Assembly (NCBI GenBank): GCA_022749935.1 | Contig: JAKIWQ010000004.1 | Span: 2,286 to 66,285 of the forward strand | Origin: Thermoplasmata archaeon | Lineage (GTDB): Archaea > Thermoplasmatota > Thermoplasmata > Lutacidiplasmatales > UBA184 | DNA: 64,000 nucleotides | Direction of reading: 5' to 3' | Shown here: positions 45,239 through 54,819 of the stretch, one piece after another | Numbering within the stretch: position 1 is the stretch's first letter | Layout: every line of letters starts with the position of its first letter | The notes under the pieces: model-generated | What the model saw: only the letters and a program-made list of their open reading frames with translations | Databases searched by the model: none | What the model was told of the DNA's origin: nothing | Translations under genes and position numbers: made by a program

Positions 45239-45891
45239 GCGAGGAGCGATGGCTGACGCCGACGGACGTGCGCCTCCTCGGGTCGCTCGCCGAGACCCCG
45301 AACCTGGTCCGGGCGGCCCGCTCCATCGGGATCGGGCGGGACCGGGCGGTCTACCGGCTGCAGCGACTCGCGCGACTCTACGGGCACGCGGTCTCCGTCG
45401 CCCACCGGGGTGGCACGACCCCCGGCGCGACGCGGCTCACGGCGCTCGGTCGGCGTCTCTTACAGCGAGCGGGCGGGACCGACCCGGAAGTCCAACAATG
45501 GTCGGGGGTCTACCGGACCGGTCCGCCCCCCCGCGTGGTCCTCGGGCCGGGAAAGGAGCTGGTCGTCTCGTTCCCGGCGGGGGAAGGACGGGCCGTGCGC
45601 GTCGCCGTCGAGCCGGAAGCGTTCGTCATCGCCCGCCAGCGCGTCGACCTGAGCGCCCGGAACGTCCTCCGCGTCCGTGTGGTCGCGGCCCACCGACGGC
45701 CGCACGGGGAAGCGGAGGTGTTGGCCGACTGGTCCGGAACGCCGGTCCGAGTGGCCCTCACCTGGTCGTCGGTCGAGCGGCTCCGGCTGACCCCGGGGGC
45801 GCGTGTCTACCTGTACGTGAAAGCCGTGGCGCTTCGCCGCATCGCTGCGGCCGTTCCCGCGCGGACTACTCGCGGATCCCCTCGGTCGTGA
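45235..45891 (+). CDS. ModE-like regulator: N-terminal HTH plus C-terminal TOBE (molybdate/tungstate-binding) domain
   Basis: [31 protein letters not shown]. The TOBE-like segment is [11 protein letters not shown]...[15 protein letters not shown]. The ATG overlaps the ATPase stop (ATGA). Confidence 0.55.
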   Translation: MSEERWLTPTDVRLLGSLAETPNLVRAARSIGIGRDRAVYRLQRLARLYGHAVSVAHRGGTTPGATRLTALGRRLLQRAGGTDPEVQQWSGVYRTGPPPRVVLGPGKELVVSFPAGEGRAVRVAVEPEAFVIARQRVDLSARNVLRVRVVAAHRRPHGEAEVLADWSGTPVRVALTWSSVERLRLTPGARVYLYVKAVALRRIAAAVPARTTRGSPRS

Positions 45892-46861
45892 GCGAGAAGA
45901 CCGCCTCGCCCTCGGGGAGGTTCGGGGAATCGATGAGGCGCGCGATCCGGCGCGGTGGCTTGGACTTCCGCAGGTAGACCCGATACGTCGCGGCGTGGGC
46001 CACGATGTTCCCGCCGATGGGTCGGGTCGGGTCGCCGAAGAGGATGTCCGGCCGGGCCGAGACCTGGTTCGTGACGACGATGGAGGCGTTGTACGTGTCG
46101 GAGAACCGGAGCAGCTCGTGGAGGTGCTTGTTGAGAAGCTGTTGCCGCGGGGCGAGCTCGGCGCGCCCGAGGTACTCCGCCCGGAAGTGGGCGGTCAGGG
46201 AGTCGACCACGAGCAGGCGGATCGGCTTCTCCCGGGCGAGTTCCTGCGCCTTCTGGACGAGGAGCATCTGGTGGTTCGAGTTGAAGGCGCGCGCGACGTG
46301 GATGTGGGAGAGCGCCTCCGTCGGGTCGATCCCGGCGCCCTTGGCCATATCCACGATCCGCTCGGGGCGGAACGTGCTCTCCGTGTCGATGTAGACGACC
46401 TCGCCCTCGAGCCCGCCCTGCGCCGGCGGCAGCTGGACGTCGACCGCGATCTGGTGGGCGATCTGGGTCTTTCCCGTCCCGAACTCGCCGGAGAACTCGG
46501 TGATCGCCTGGGTCTCGACGCCGCCCCCGAGCAGTTCGTCCAATGCTTTGGCGTTGGTCGTGATCCGCCCGAGCTTCTTGCGACGCTCGAGCAACGCGGT
46601 CCCGCTCTCGAACCCGCCGACGTCGGCCTTCCGTCGCGCTTCCCCGATGAGCTTCTGGGCGCTCGCCGTCCCGATCTCGGCCGCCTCGGCGACGTCCCCC
46701 GGCGAGGCGACCGCGAGTTCCATCAGGTCGGTGTACCCGGCCTCCCGCAGCTTGTCGGCGGTGGCGGTGCCGATTCCGGGCAGGTCCTCCAGCGCGATCT
46801 CGTGTTTCGGCTCCGGAGGACTCTCCGTCTGTCCGGGCCGGGCGGTGGGCTTCGGCGGCAC
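45866..46861 (-). CDS. radA: DNA repair and recombination protein RadA
   Basis: N-terminal Hh[21 protein letters not shown]. Walker [10 protein letters not shown]. The RecA/Rad51 core is present. Confidence 0.92.
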   Translation of the reverse strand: MPPKPTARPGQTESPPEPKHEIALEDLPGIGTATADKLREAGYTDLMELAVASPGDVAEAAEIGTASAQKLIGEARRKADVGGFESGTALLERRKKLGRITTNAKALDELLGGGVETQAITEFSGEFGTGKTQIAHQIAVDVQLPPAQGGLEGEVVYIDTESTFRPERIVDMAKGAGIDPTEALSHIHVARAFNSNHQMLLVQKAQELAREKPIRLLVVDSLTAHFRAEYLGRAELAPRQQLLNKHLHELLRFSDTYNASIVVTNQVSARPDILFGDPTRPIGGNIVAHAATYRVYLRKSKPPRRIARLIDSPNLPEGEAVFSLTTEGIRE

Positions 46862-46927
46862 GAGGCCACCGACCCGACTACGAGGGATAAGGGTGGGGGA
46901 GGGGTCGCGGAACGGTGGAGGGTGCGC

Positions 46928-47887
46928 CTAGCCGGACTCGGGCTCCGGGACGAACGGTTCCCCCGTGAGCCGCTGGTAGACGGTCGTGTAGAGCCGGCTC
47001 ACCTCGTCCACGAGCAGCGGGGGGAGCGGGGGGATCGGGGGTTCCTCCGCCTGGGCCTCCCGGGCCTTCTGGAGGAGGTCGTAGTAGCCGGATTGCCGGT
47101 AGTGCTGGCGGACGAACTCCTTGGAAAAATCGACGTGGCGCCCGCGCTCGTAGGCGTCCTTGTCCCAGAACCGGTCCTCGTCGGCGGTCCCAAACGTGTC
47201 GACGACCATGAGGGTCCCTTCCGTGTCGACCCCGAACTCCTTCTTGCCGTCCACGTGGAGCAACCCCCGCGGTCCGATCTCCTTCTGCATCGCCTCGTCG
47301 ATCCGGAGGATCGTTTCCCGGATCTGGGCGAGCTGCTTCGCGTCGAGGGTCGACAGCTCGAGGGCTTCCTTGGTGGTGAGCAGACGGTCGACCGGTTCGA
47401 GCTTGGTCGTGACCTCGAAGTGCGGGTCGGGGAGAGGGACCCCGTACTCGAGCCGGTGGCCCGTGGGGAACCCCAGGTCCTCCGCGTGCACCGTCTCGGC
47501 CCGGACCCGGTCCCACATCGAGCCCGCGAGGTAGTACCGTACGATGACCTCGAGCGGGACCAGGAAATCCTTCGGGTGGGGGCCGAGGGTTCGGGGCTTC
47601 GGGACGACCCGGACCCGTTTCACGCGCATGGACGACGGGCCGCTCCGCTCGAGGAAGTGATGCGGGATGTGCAACCGCGTGCACAGCGCGAACCAGTGGG
47701 CGGCGGTCCCGTTGAGCGTCCTCCCCTTGTGCGGGATCTCGCTCGGGATGTGCTTGTCGAAGACCGAGATGTCGTTCGTGAACCGGAACTCGAGCTCGGT
47801 CGGCGAGACCTCGTAGACCTCCTTGACCTTCCCTCGGCGGAGGTACTTCAGCCCGCCCGGGGTCGGGGGAGAGGGAACCGCATCCAT
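46928..47887 (-). CDS. purC: Phosphoribosylaminoimidazole-succinocarboxamide synthase (long form)
   Basis: The pattern YLRRGKVKEVYEV...FTNDISVFD and the SAICAR_synt core match PurC. ATG at 47887 (MDAVPSP). Confidence 0.85.
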   Translation of the reverse strand: MDAVPSPPTPGGLKYLRRGKVKEVYEVSPTELEFRFTNDISVFDKHIPSEIPHKGRTLNGTAAHWFALCTRLHIPHHFLERSGPSSMRVKRVRVVPKPRTLGPHPKDFLVPLEVIVRYYLAGSMWDRVRAETVHAEDLGFPTGHRLEYGVPLPDPHFEVTTKLEPVDRLLTTKEALELSTLDAKQLAQIRETILRIDEAMQKEIGPRGLLHVDGKKEFGVDTEGTLMVVDTFGTADEDRFWDKDAYERGRHVDFSKEFVRQHYRQSGYYDLLQKAREAQAEEPPIPPLPPLLVDEVSRLYTTVYQRLTGEPFVPEPESG

Positions 47888-47954
47888 CGGTGGTCGAGGA
47901 GGGCCGAGCGGCTTAAGGTTGCGGGGCCGCGCCGCCCCTTCGAGGCGCCGGACG

Positions 47955-48494
47955 CTAGAGCGAGCGCGCGTGCCGCTCGGTGATCGCTCGGAATCCCCGC
48001 TTGGCATAGAATCGGCTCGCGATCTCGTTCTGGGCGGGGAATTCTGCGATGACGACCCCAGCGCCCTTGGCTTTCAACTGCGAGGAGATCTCCTTGAGGA
48101 GGTACTCTCCCACACCGTGGCGCCGGTAGAGCGGGAGGAGGTAGATGTCGACGATCACGCCCTCCATCTCGGGCGTGTAGAACGGCCGCTCCCGCAAGAT
48201 CGCGTGGACGAACCCCACCACCTTGTCCCGGTCCGGGCCGACCCCTTCCGCGGCGAGGAGGATCGCCTTCGGGTCGTTCAAACTGGCCTTCAGTACCTCG
48301 CGGGCCTGGGACTCGGCATCGTCGCGCACCCGGAGCAGCGGGTCGAACTCCTCGTTCAAGCGTTTCAACCGGAGGAGGAGGGGTACCAGGACGGGGAGGT
48401 CGGCGGGTCGGGCCGGACGCAGGTGGATGGGAACGGCGGGGGAGTCGCCTCCGCCCGGCGAGGGGGGAGTGCCGGACTCGTTCGCCCCGGTCAC
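47955..48494 (-). CDS. GNAT-family N-acetyltransferase
   Basis: Motif A is RRHGVGEYLLKEI. The GTG start overlaps the malic-enzyme stop (GTGA). Confidence 0.68.
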   Translation of the reverse strand: MTGANESGTPPSPGGGDSPAVPIHLRPARPADLPVLVPLLLRLKRLNEEFDPLLRVRDDAESQAREVLKASLNDPKAILLAAEGVGPDRDKVVGFVHAILRERPFYTPEMEGVIVDIYLLPLYRRHGVGEYLLKEISSQLKAKGAGVVIAEFPAQNEIASRFYAKRGFRAITERHARSL

Positions 48495-49927
48495 GGTGAC
48501 CGCCTCCGGGCGGAAGGGCCTCCGCGGGGCATCGGGGGCGTCAGGTGGGCCCGTTGGAGGGCGCGCACGAGTTGCCGGGACCGACCCATCTGGGTCTCGG
48601 CCCGGTGGAGGAATTCGTCGTGGCTCAGCCGGCGACGGGCGATCCCCTCTCGCACCGCGGCGTCGGCGACGGCCGCGGCGACGTGCGGGAAGACTTCGAT
48701 CTCCTCCATCGTCGGAAGGAGGTGGTCGCTCGAGAGTCCCAGGTCGGCGGCGTGGTGGGCGAGCTGACGCGCGGCCGCGAGGACGATCTCGTCCGGGATC
48801 GAGCGGGCCCGAGCGTCCAGTACGCCGCGGAACACCGCGGGAAAGACGAGGGAGTTGTTGACCTGATTCGGGAAGTCGCTGCGTCCCGTGGCGACCACCG
48901 CCGCCCCGGCGGCCCGAGCGATGTCCGGCCAGATCTCGGGGACCGGGTTCGCAAGGGCGAAGACGATCGGTCCCCGGGCCATCGACCGGACGTGGGCCGG
49001 TGTGATGGTGTTCGGGTCGGGGGTCGACGCCGCCAGGAGTACGTCGGCCCCCGCGACGGCGCTCGCGAGGTCGCCCGTACGTCCGGCGCCGTTCGTGCGG
49101 AGCGCGAGGCGGTACTTCCAGGGATTCCGTACGCTCAGTTCGTCCACGTCGGCCCGCTCGGCGTGCAGGATCCCCGAGCTGTCGACCAGCGCCAGCCGGT
49201 GCGGGTCGTGTCCGAGGGCGAGGAGGAGGCGCGCGGTCGCGATGTTGGCCGCTCCCGCGCCGAGGAGGACCGTCCGGATCTCCTTCACCGACCGGTGGGT
49301 CAACGTGAGGGCATTCAGGAGTCCCGCGATGGTCGCTGCGGCGGTCCCGAGCTGGTCGTCGTGCCACACGGGGATCGGGAGCCGCTTCTGGAGCTCTTCC
49401 AGGATCCCGAAGCACTTGGGGGAGGCGATGTCCTCGAGGTTGATGGCCCCGAACGCCGGAGCGATCCGCTCGACGGTGTCGATGATCGCGTCGGGGGCGG
49501 TCGCGTGGATCGGGAGCGGGACGGCGTCCACCCCGCCGAGCCATCGGAAGAGGAGCGCCTTCCCCTCCATCACCGGGAGAGCGGCCTCGGGACCCATGTC
49601 CCCGAGTCCGAGGACCCGGGAGCCGTCGGTCACGATCGCGATCGTGTTCCATCGGCCGGTGAGGTCGAACGAGAGCTCGGGGTCGGCGTGGATGGCCCGG
49701 GAGACCTCCGCGACCCCGGGAGTGTACCAGAGGGCGAAGTCCCGCAGGGACCGGACGGGGACCTTCGGGACGGTCTCGATCTTCCCCCCGTAGAATCGGG
49801 AGAGTTCGACCGCCCTCCGACCGAGCTCGTCCGTCTCGCTTTCGCGACGGGCCGACGCCCCCCGCGGACGGCTCCGCCGACGGGGCTCACGCCCCCCTTC
49901 CACGGGTGCGGGAACGCTCTCCGCCAT
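48491..49927 (-). CDS. NAD(P)-dependent malic enzyme (short, MaeB-N-like)
   Basis: Motifs YTPGVAEVS, AIVTDGSRVLGLGDMGPEAALPVMEGKALLF and the NAD-binding GAGAANIAT are present. ATG at 49927. A TATA ttaataaa lies ~25 nt upstream on the coding strand. Confidence 0.85.
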   Translation of the reverse strand: MAESVPAPVEGGREPRRRSRPRGASARRESETDELGRRAVELSRFYGGKIETVPKVPVRSLRDFALWYTPGVAEVSRAIHADPELSFDLTGRWNTIAIVTDGSRVLGLGDMGPEAALPVMEGKALLFRWLGGVDAVPLPIHATAPDAIIDTVERIAPAFGAINLEDIASPKCFGILEELQKRLPIPVWHDDQLGTAAATIAGLLNALTLTHRSVKEIRTVLLGAGAANIATARLLLALGHDPHRLALVDSSGILHAERADVDELSVRNPWKYRLALRTNGAGRTGDLASAVAGADVLLAASTPDPNTITPAHVRSMARGPIVFALANPVPEIWPDIARAAGAAVVATGRSDFPNQVNNSLVFPAVFRGVLDARARSIPDEIVLAAARQLAHHAADLGLSSDHLLPTMEEIEVFPHVAAAVADAAVREGIARRRLSHDEFLHRAETQMGRSRQLVRALQRAHLTPPMPRGGPSARRRSP

Positions 49928-50085
49928 GCCGAAGTCGTTCACCGAGGGGGCCTTTATTAACACTTTCGCGGAGACGTTTGGCGAGTTCGGCGATTGTCGG
50001 ATGCCCACGTCACCGGTCGGGGTGCCGGAGATCCCTCCCACGGGGGTGGATAAGTACATCCCGCCGGCTCCCGTACCGGCTCCGG

Positions 50086-51171
50086 ATGTCTTCGAACAGC
50101 CCCCCGGCCCCCCACCCCTACGTCCGTCCTCCCCGGGCCGGGGCGGTCCCCCTCATCGCGCCGCGGGTGCTCCGTCAGCTGCTCGACGGCGAGGGCCCGC
50201 CGCTGCTGATCGACGTCCGTCCGCTCCCCGAGCGCCGTCTCGCCCACCTTCCCGGTGACCGACATCTCCCCCTCGAAGAACTCGTGGCCGGCGTCGCAAG
50301 TCTGCCGGCCGACCGGGCGATCGTCCTCTACGACCACCTCGGTTTCCGGGCCCGCCGCGCCGCGGAGTTCTTGATCGACCATGGGTTCGGGTCGGTCGCC
50401 GCTCTCGAAGGCGGGATCGAGGAGTACGCGCGGGTGGTGGACCCCGGCCTCGCCCGGTATTCCGGGGACGAGCGGGGTTCGGACCTCATCGTCCGTCAAT
50501 TGCCCCGCCCGGAGACCGGTTGCCTCGCCTACTTCGTCGGGGACCCCGTCGCGCGCGTCGGGGTCGTCATCGACCCCGGGCAAGATACCGCGCCCTACCA
50601 GGCCCTCCTCGCCGAAGGGGATTGGAAGCTCGCCGGGATCGTAGAGACCCACACGCACGCCGACCATCTGGCGGGTCATTCGGCCCTCCACCTGACGACC
50701 GACGCACCCATCCTCGTCAGCCACCGCTCCCCGGCCCAGTACCCCCACCAGCGCCTCACCGAGGGAGAGGCCGTGCGCTTCGGAAGCCAAGAGCTGGTCG
50801 TGCTGGAAACCCCGGGGCATACGCAGGACCACCTGACCCTGCGGCTGCGCGACCAGATCTTCACCGGCGACACGCTCCTGCTCGGCTCCTGCGGCCGCAC
50901 CGACCTCGCCGGGGGCTCACCGGAGCGGCTCTGGGAGAGCCTCCAGGACCGACTCCTCCGACTCCCGAGGGAGACCGAGGTCTATCCCGCCCACTACGGC
51001 CCGCTCCACGCTCTCCCCGACCGGTACGTCTCGACGCTCGGGTTCGAGCGGGCCACCAACGAGGCGCTCAACCAAGGGTCGCGCGAGGCGTTCCTTCGGT
51101 ACATGACCGAAGGCTGGCCCCCCAAGCCCGCACGGTTCGACGAGATCGTCGCCTCGAACCTCGCGGCGTAG
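50086..51171 (+). CDS. Rhodanese domain fused to a metallo-beta-lactamase fold (persulfide dioxygenase/ETHE1-like)
   Basis: The N-terminal rhodanese-like segment is LIDVRPLPER...DRAIVLYD. The MBL motif THTHADHLAG and the GHTQDH region are present. Confidence 0.72.
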   Translation: MSSNSPPAPHPYVRPPRAGAVPLIAPRVLRQLLDGEGPPLLIDVRPLPERRLAHLPGDRHLPLEELVAGVASLPADRAIVLYDHLGFRARRAAEFLIDHGFGSVAALEGGIEEYARVVDPGLARYSGDERGSDLIVRQLPRPETGCLAYFVGDPVARVGVVIDPGQDTAPYQALLAEGDWKLAGIVETHTHADHLAGHSALHLTTDAPILVSHRSPAQYPHQRLTEGEAVRFGSQELVVLETPGHTQDHLTLRLRDQIFTGDTLLLGSCGRTDLAGGSPERLWESLQDRLLRLPRETEVYPAHYGPLHALPDRYVSTLGFERATNEALNQGSREAFLRYMTEGWPPKPARFDEIVASNLAA

Positions 51172-51178
51172 CGGACCG

Positions 51179-52066
51179 CTACTCGCCGGTGCCCCCCGAG
51201 AGGACCTCGGGGCCGTTCGGTCCGACCAACACCGTGTGTTCGGCTTGCGCCACCAACCCTCGCCCCCGTTCGACGAACACGGGGTAGGTCTGGAGCACGC
51301 GGCGGGCGCGCGTCAACGCGGCCCGTTCCTCCGGGCGCGCCACCCAACGGAGGGTGAACGGAAGGGTCCGGAAGCGGGCGAAGAGCCCGGAGAGGACCGG
51401 GTCGCGCCCGCCGGGGTCGGACCGGAATCGAACGATGTTTCCGAAAGGACCGTTCTCGATGAGGCCGACCCCGTTGGTCGCGAACGGTTCGATCGCGATC
51501 ACCTCGCCCTCCTCGAGCGTCGCACCGCTGACCCCCGGCACGTTCGGGACCGACTTCCCCGCGTGCAGGAGGTACCGCTCGATCGAGTGTCCGGTAAGAT
51601 TCTCCATCGGCTTCAGGCCGCGGGCCCGGATCGCCGACGCGATCGCCCGGCTGATCTCGTCGACCCGCACCCCGGGGCGCACCTGGGCGATCCCGGCCCG
51701 GAGTCCTTCCCGCGCCGCCCGAACCAGGTTCTCGTGCCGGTGGGTCCCCCCGACCTCGACCGTATCCGCGGTGTCCGCGATCGCTCCGTCCAGGTGCGCC
51801 CCCACGTCGACCTTGACGAGGTCCCCCGGGACGAACGTCACGGTGTCGTCCGGGTCCGGCGTGTAGTGGGCCGCTTCGTCGTTGCGGGACAGGTTCGCGG
51901 GAAAGGCGGGCTCCGCGCCCGCGGCCCGGATGAGGGCTTCCACGGCGTCGGCCACGTCGCGTCGGCGCGCGCCGGGGATCGTGAGGCGCAACCCGAGCTC
52001 CCGGCCCCGAGCGGCGATCCGGGCCGCCTCGCGCCACTGCTCGAGATGCTCGGGGTACCGGGCCAC
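51179..52066 (-). CDS. map: Methionine aminopeptidase, type 2 (archaeal)
   Basis: Metal ligands lie in the DLVKVDVGAH, DTADTV, HSIERY and EPF contexts. GTG start at 52066. Confidence 0.85.
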   Translation of the reverse strand: MARYPEHLEQWREAARIAARGRELGLRLTIPGARRRDVADAVEALIRAAGAEPAFPANLSRNDEAAHYTPDPDDTVTFVPGDLVKVDVGAHLDGAIADTADTVEVGGTHRHENLVRAAREGLRAGIAQVRPGVRVDEISRAIASAIRARGLKPMENLTGHSIERYLLHAGKSVPNVPGVSGATLEEGEVIAIEPFATNGVGLIENGPFGNIVRFRSDPGGRDPVLSGLFARFRTLPFTLRWVARPEERAALTRARRVLQTYPVFVERGRGLVAQAEHTVLVGPNGPEVLSGGTGE

Positions 52067-52067
52067 G

Positions 52068-52634
52068 TTACCTTCTCGGGACGAGGCGAGGTCGGTCCTG
52101 CGTAACGTCGACCAGAAGGGAGGGTCGGCCCGAGGGGGAAGGGCCGCCCGGAACGTACACCGCCACGCTCTCCCCGAACGTCCGTCGCGCTGCCCGAGCG
52201 GTTCGGCAGGGAGAGTACCCATGGAGGTTCGCGCTCGTGGCCGTGATGGGGCCCACCCGTCGGGCCAGTTCTCGAGCGATCGGGTGGTCGGGGACCCGGA
52301 GTCCGAGACGGCCCCGCGGCGGGAGGACCGAGGGCGGAAAGGTGCGACGCGCCCGGGTCGTCGGAACGACGAGCAGCGTGTACGGGCCCGGGAGATGGCG
52401 ACGCACCCACGCGCGCGACGCGGGGGCCAGCTCCGCCCAGGTCTCGAGCTCGTCCACGGAGCTGAGCGCGAGGGAGATCGGGGGGCCGCCCGGACGCCCT
52501 TTCACCTCTTCCAATCGCGCGACCGCCGCGGCGTCGGAACCGAGGGCCGCCATCCCGAGCAGGGTATCGGTCGGGTAGACGACGAGTTCGCCGCGCGCGA
52601 GGGCTCGCGCCGCGTCGGCGAGCGGGGACCCCAT
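52068..52634 (-). CDS. tsaC: L-threonylcarbamoyladenylate synthase (YrdC/TsaC-type)
   Basis: Motif LVVYPTDTLLGMAALG. 188 aa from ATG 52634, immediately downstream of ndk. Confidence 0.75.
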   Translation of the reverse strand: MGSPLADAARALARGELVVYPTDTLLGMAALGSDAAAVARLEEVKGRPGGPPISLALSSVDELETWAELAPASRAWVRRHLPGPYTLLVVPTTRARRTFPPSVLPPRGRLGLRVPDHPIARELARRVGPITATSANLHGYSPCRTARAARRTFGESVAVYVPGGPSPSGRPSLLVDVTQDRPRLVPRR

Positions 52635-52638
52635 CGAC

Positions 52639-53106
52639 CTAGGCGTACTCCTCGCCCACCCGGGAGTAGGCGAGATACTCGGTGGGTCCGAAGTAGAGCG
52701 CGAGCTCGCGGGCCGCCGACTCGGGCGAGTCGGAGGCGTGGACCAGGTTGGCCGTGATGCCGAGCGCCCAATCTCCCCGGATCGTCCCCGGAGCGGCCGA
52801 CTGCGGGTTGGTGGCTCCGACGAGCAACCGCACGACGGAGATCGCCGACCGGCCCTCGAGGGCCAGCGCCAGGACCGGGCCCGACGTGATATGCTGGATG
52901 AGCGAGGGGTAGAACGGCTTGCCCTCGTGCTCCGCGTAGTGCCGTTGCGCGAGCTCGGGAGCGAGCTGGACCGCCTTGGCGGCCACGATCTTGAGCCCCT
53001 TGTGTTCCAATCGCGAGACGATCCCGCCGACGAGTCCCCGACGTAGGCCGTCGGGCTTGACCAGGACCAGCGTGCGCTCGACGCTCCCTTCCGCCATCGG
53101 TCGCAC
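52639..53106 (-). CDS. ndk: Nucleoside diphosphate kinase
   Basis: The pattern ERTLVLVKPDG...NLVHASDS matches Ndk, including the active-site His. 155 aa. Confidence 0.92.
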   Translation of the reverse strand: MRPMAEGSVERTLVLVKPDGLRRGLVGGIVSRLEHKGLKIVAAKAVQLAPELAQRHYAEHEGKPFYPSLIQHITSGPVLALALEGRSAISVVRLLVGATNPQSAAPGTIRGDWALGITANLVHASDSPESAARELALYFGPTEYLAYSRVGEEYA

Positions 53107-53162
53107 GAACCGGGCCGGGGCGTAAAGGTTTCCTCCGCCCGCGCTCGGGGGCGGTTTGGACG

Positions 53163-53987
53163 GTGGGTCCCATGGCCGGTCGCGGAGCGAAGAAGGAACG
53201 GCTCGCCCGGACCTTCGACCGGTCGGCCGCGCTCTACGAACGCGGGCGTCCCGGCTACCCCCGCTCGGCCCTCCGGTTCATCGCTTCGAACCTCGGGGTC
53301 GGACGGGGGTCGGTCGTGGTCGACCTCGCGGCCGGGACCGGGAAGTTCACGCGGGAAATCGTCCGGACCGGTGCCGCCGTCGTCGCCATCGAACCAATGG
53401 CCGGAATGCGACGGGAGTTCCGTCGACGGGTCCCCGACGTCCCGATCGTCGAAGGTACGGCCGAGAAGATCCCTCTCCCATCGGGGAGCGTGGACGCCGT
53501 CGTCGTGGCGCAGGCCTTCCACTGGTTTCGGGGACGGCTCGCGCTCCGGGAGATCGCCCGAGTGCTGCGCCCCGGAGGTCTGCTCGTCCTGGTCTGGAAC
53601 ACCCGGGACGACCGGTATCGTTGGTCCCGCGAGCTGACCGCGATCATCGAGGGCGCGGGTGGTCCCCGGATCTATGCCGCCGCCCACGGGGGCGACACGC
53701 TCTGGCGCCGACCGTTCCGCCGGGGGGCCAGTCCCTTCACGGGCTTGAAGAAGCGAACGTTCCCCCACGTCCAGGACGCACCTCCGGGGACCTTTCTCGC
53801 CCGGGCCCTCTCGGTGAGCCTGGTCGCGGCCCAACCCCCTTCAGTGCGCCGCCGGGTGGCCCGCGAGGTACGCACACTCCTCGCGACCGACCCGCAGACC
53901 CGGGGCCGGGAGTTGATCCGACTGACCTACCGTACCGAACTGTTCTGGTGTCGCCTCCGGGCCCCACGGCGGGTGCGGACGATCTAG
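53163..53987 (+). CDS. Class I SAM-dependent methyltransferase (Methyltransf_11/UbiE-like, small-molecule type)
   Basis: Motif I VVDLAAGTGKFT. Motif post-I AVVAIEP. The region VDAVVVAQAFHWF follows. Confidence 0.75.
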   Translation: MGPMAGRGAKKERLARTFDRSAALYERGRPGYPRSALRFIASNLGVGRGSVVVDLAAGTGKFTREIVRTGAAVVAIEPMAGMRREFRRRVPDVPIVEGTAEKIPLPSGSVDAVVVAQAFHWFRGRLALREIARVLRPGGLLVLVWNTRDDRYRWSRELTAIIEGAGGPRIYAAAHGGDTLWRRPFRRGASPFTGLKKRTFPHVQDAPPGTFLARALSVSLVAAQPPSVRRRVAREVRTLLATDPQTRGRELIRLTYRTELFWCRLRAPRRVRTI

Positions 53988-54753
53988 CTCGCGCGGGCGT
54001 CGCACCCGTCGCGCCACGGGCACCGCGCACACCGGCCCGGAGAGGGGGTGGCCCGGCCGTCATAGGGCCGGTCCATCTCGGCGCGAAGGGCGAGCAGGTC
54101 GGCGCGGGCGACGCGGTCCCACGGAACGCGGAACTCGCCACCGTCCCCGTACCGCACCACTCCGTACGGCGGTGAGCGGCCCGTCGTCTCCTCGACGAGG
54201 AGACAATAGGCCCCCACCTGCACCCGATGGGAATACGGGACCCCGCGCGCGGGGGTCGAACGGCTCTTGAACTCGACTGGGACGACGCGCGCGTCCGGTA
54301 GACGCCGAAGCTCGTCCGGTCGGCCGGAGATCCGATACCGGGAGGAGCGAAGGACCGGCGCGGAATCCGACCCGTCGTCCACGGCGAGGAGGGTCCCGTA
54401 CCGACGTTCGCGTCGCCCCACGACGACCGCCCGCATCCCGAAATACACCGCGGCCAACCCCCCGAGGACGAGGGCCGCTCCCACGAACTCGCCTAGAGCA
54501 GCCACGCCGAGCCTCCGAGGACGATGAGGAGACCCGCCACGACGAGGAGCCAGTACGCGACTCTCCACTCCGAGCGACGGCGTTCTCCGCGGAGCTGGCG
54601 GTGGTGAGTCCGGGTCCCGGCCCGAGCGCTCCGGACCGCGTCCGGAGTCGGCCCTCGCTCCGGAGGGTGATGCCGATACCAGTGCGACCGAGGGCAGTAC
54701 GCGTAGTCCGCGAGGTCGGACGCGGAAACGTACCGGAGCCCCTCCGAAGGCAT
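53984..54753 (-). pseudogene. Cas4-family (DUF83, RecB-like PD-(D/E)xK) nuclease, apparently split by a frameshift into two overlapping reading frames
   Basis: ORF 54493..54753 encodes YVSASDLADYAYCPRSHWY, the Cas4 N-terminal Cys motif. A different frame (~54436..53984) encodes RISGRPDELRRL, VVPVEFKSR, HRVQVGAY (QhxxY) and the C-terminal CARCPWRDGC. Both frames are hydrophobic across the junction at 54437-54560. There is no CRISPR array nearby. Confidence 0.5.
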
Positions 54754-54819
54754 CGGGTGAACTGCGGAGCCGCGGAGAAATACGGCTTCCGCTCGAAGAG
54801 CTCGGTGGGGCGTGCCGGT

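Noticed and set aside
53984-54753. A CRISPR-Cas locus implied by the Cas4-like gene
   Set aside because: No direct-repeat/spacer array and no other cas genes occur anywhere in the 64 kb. Solo Cas4/DUF83 nucleases are common outside CRISPR loci.
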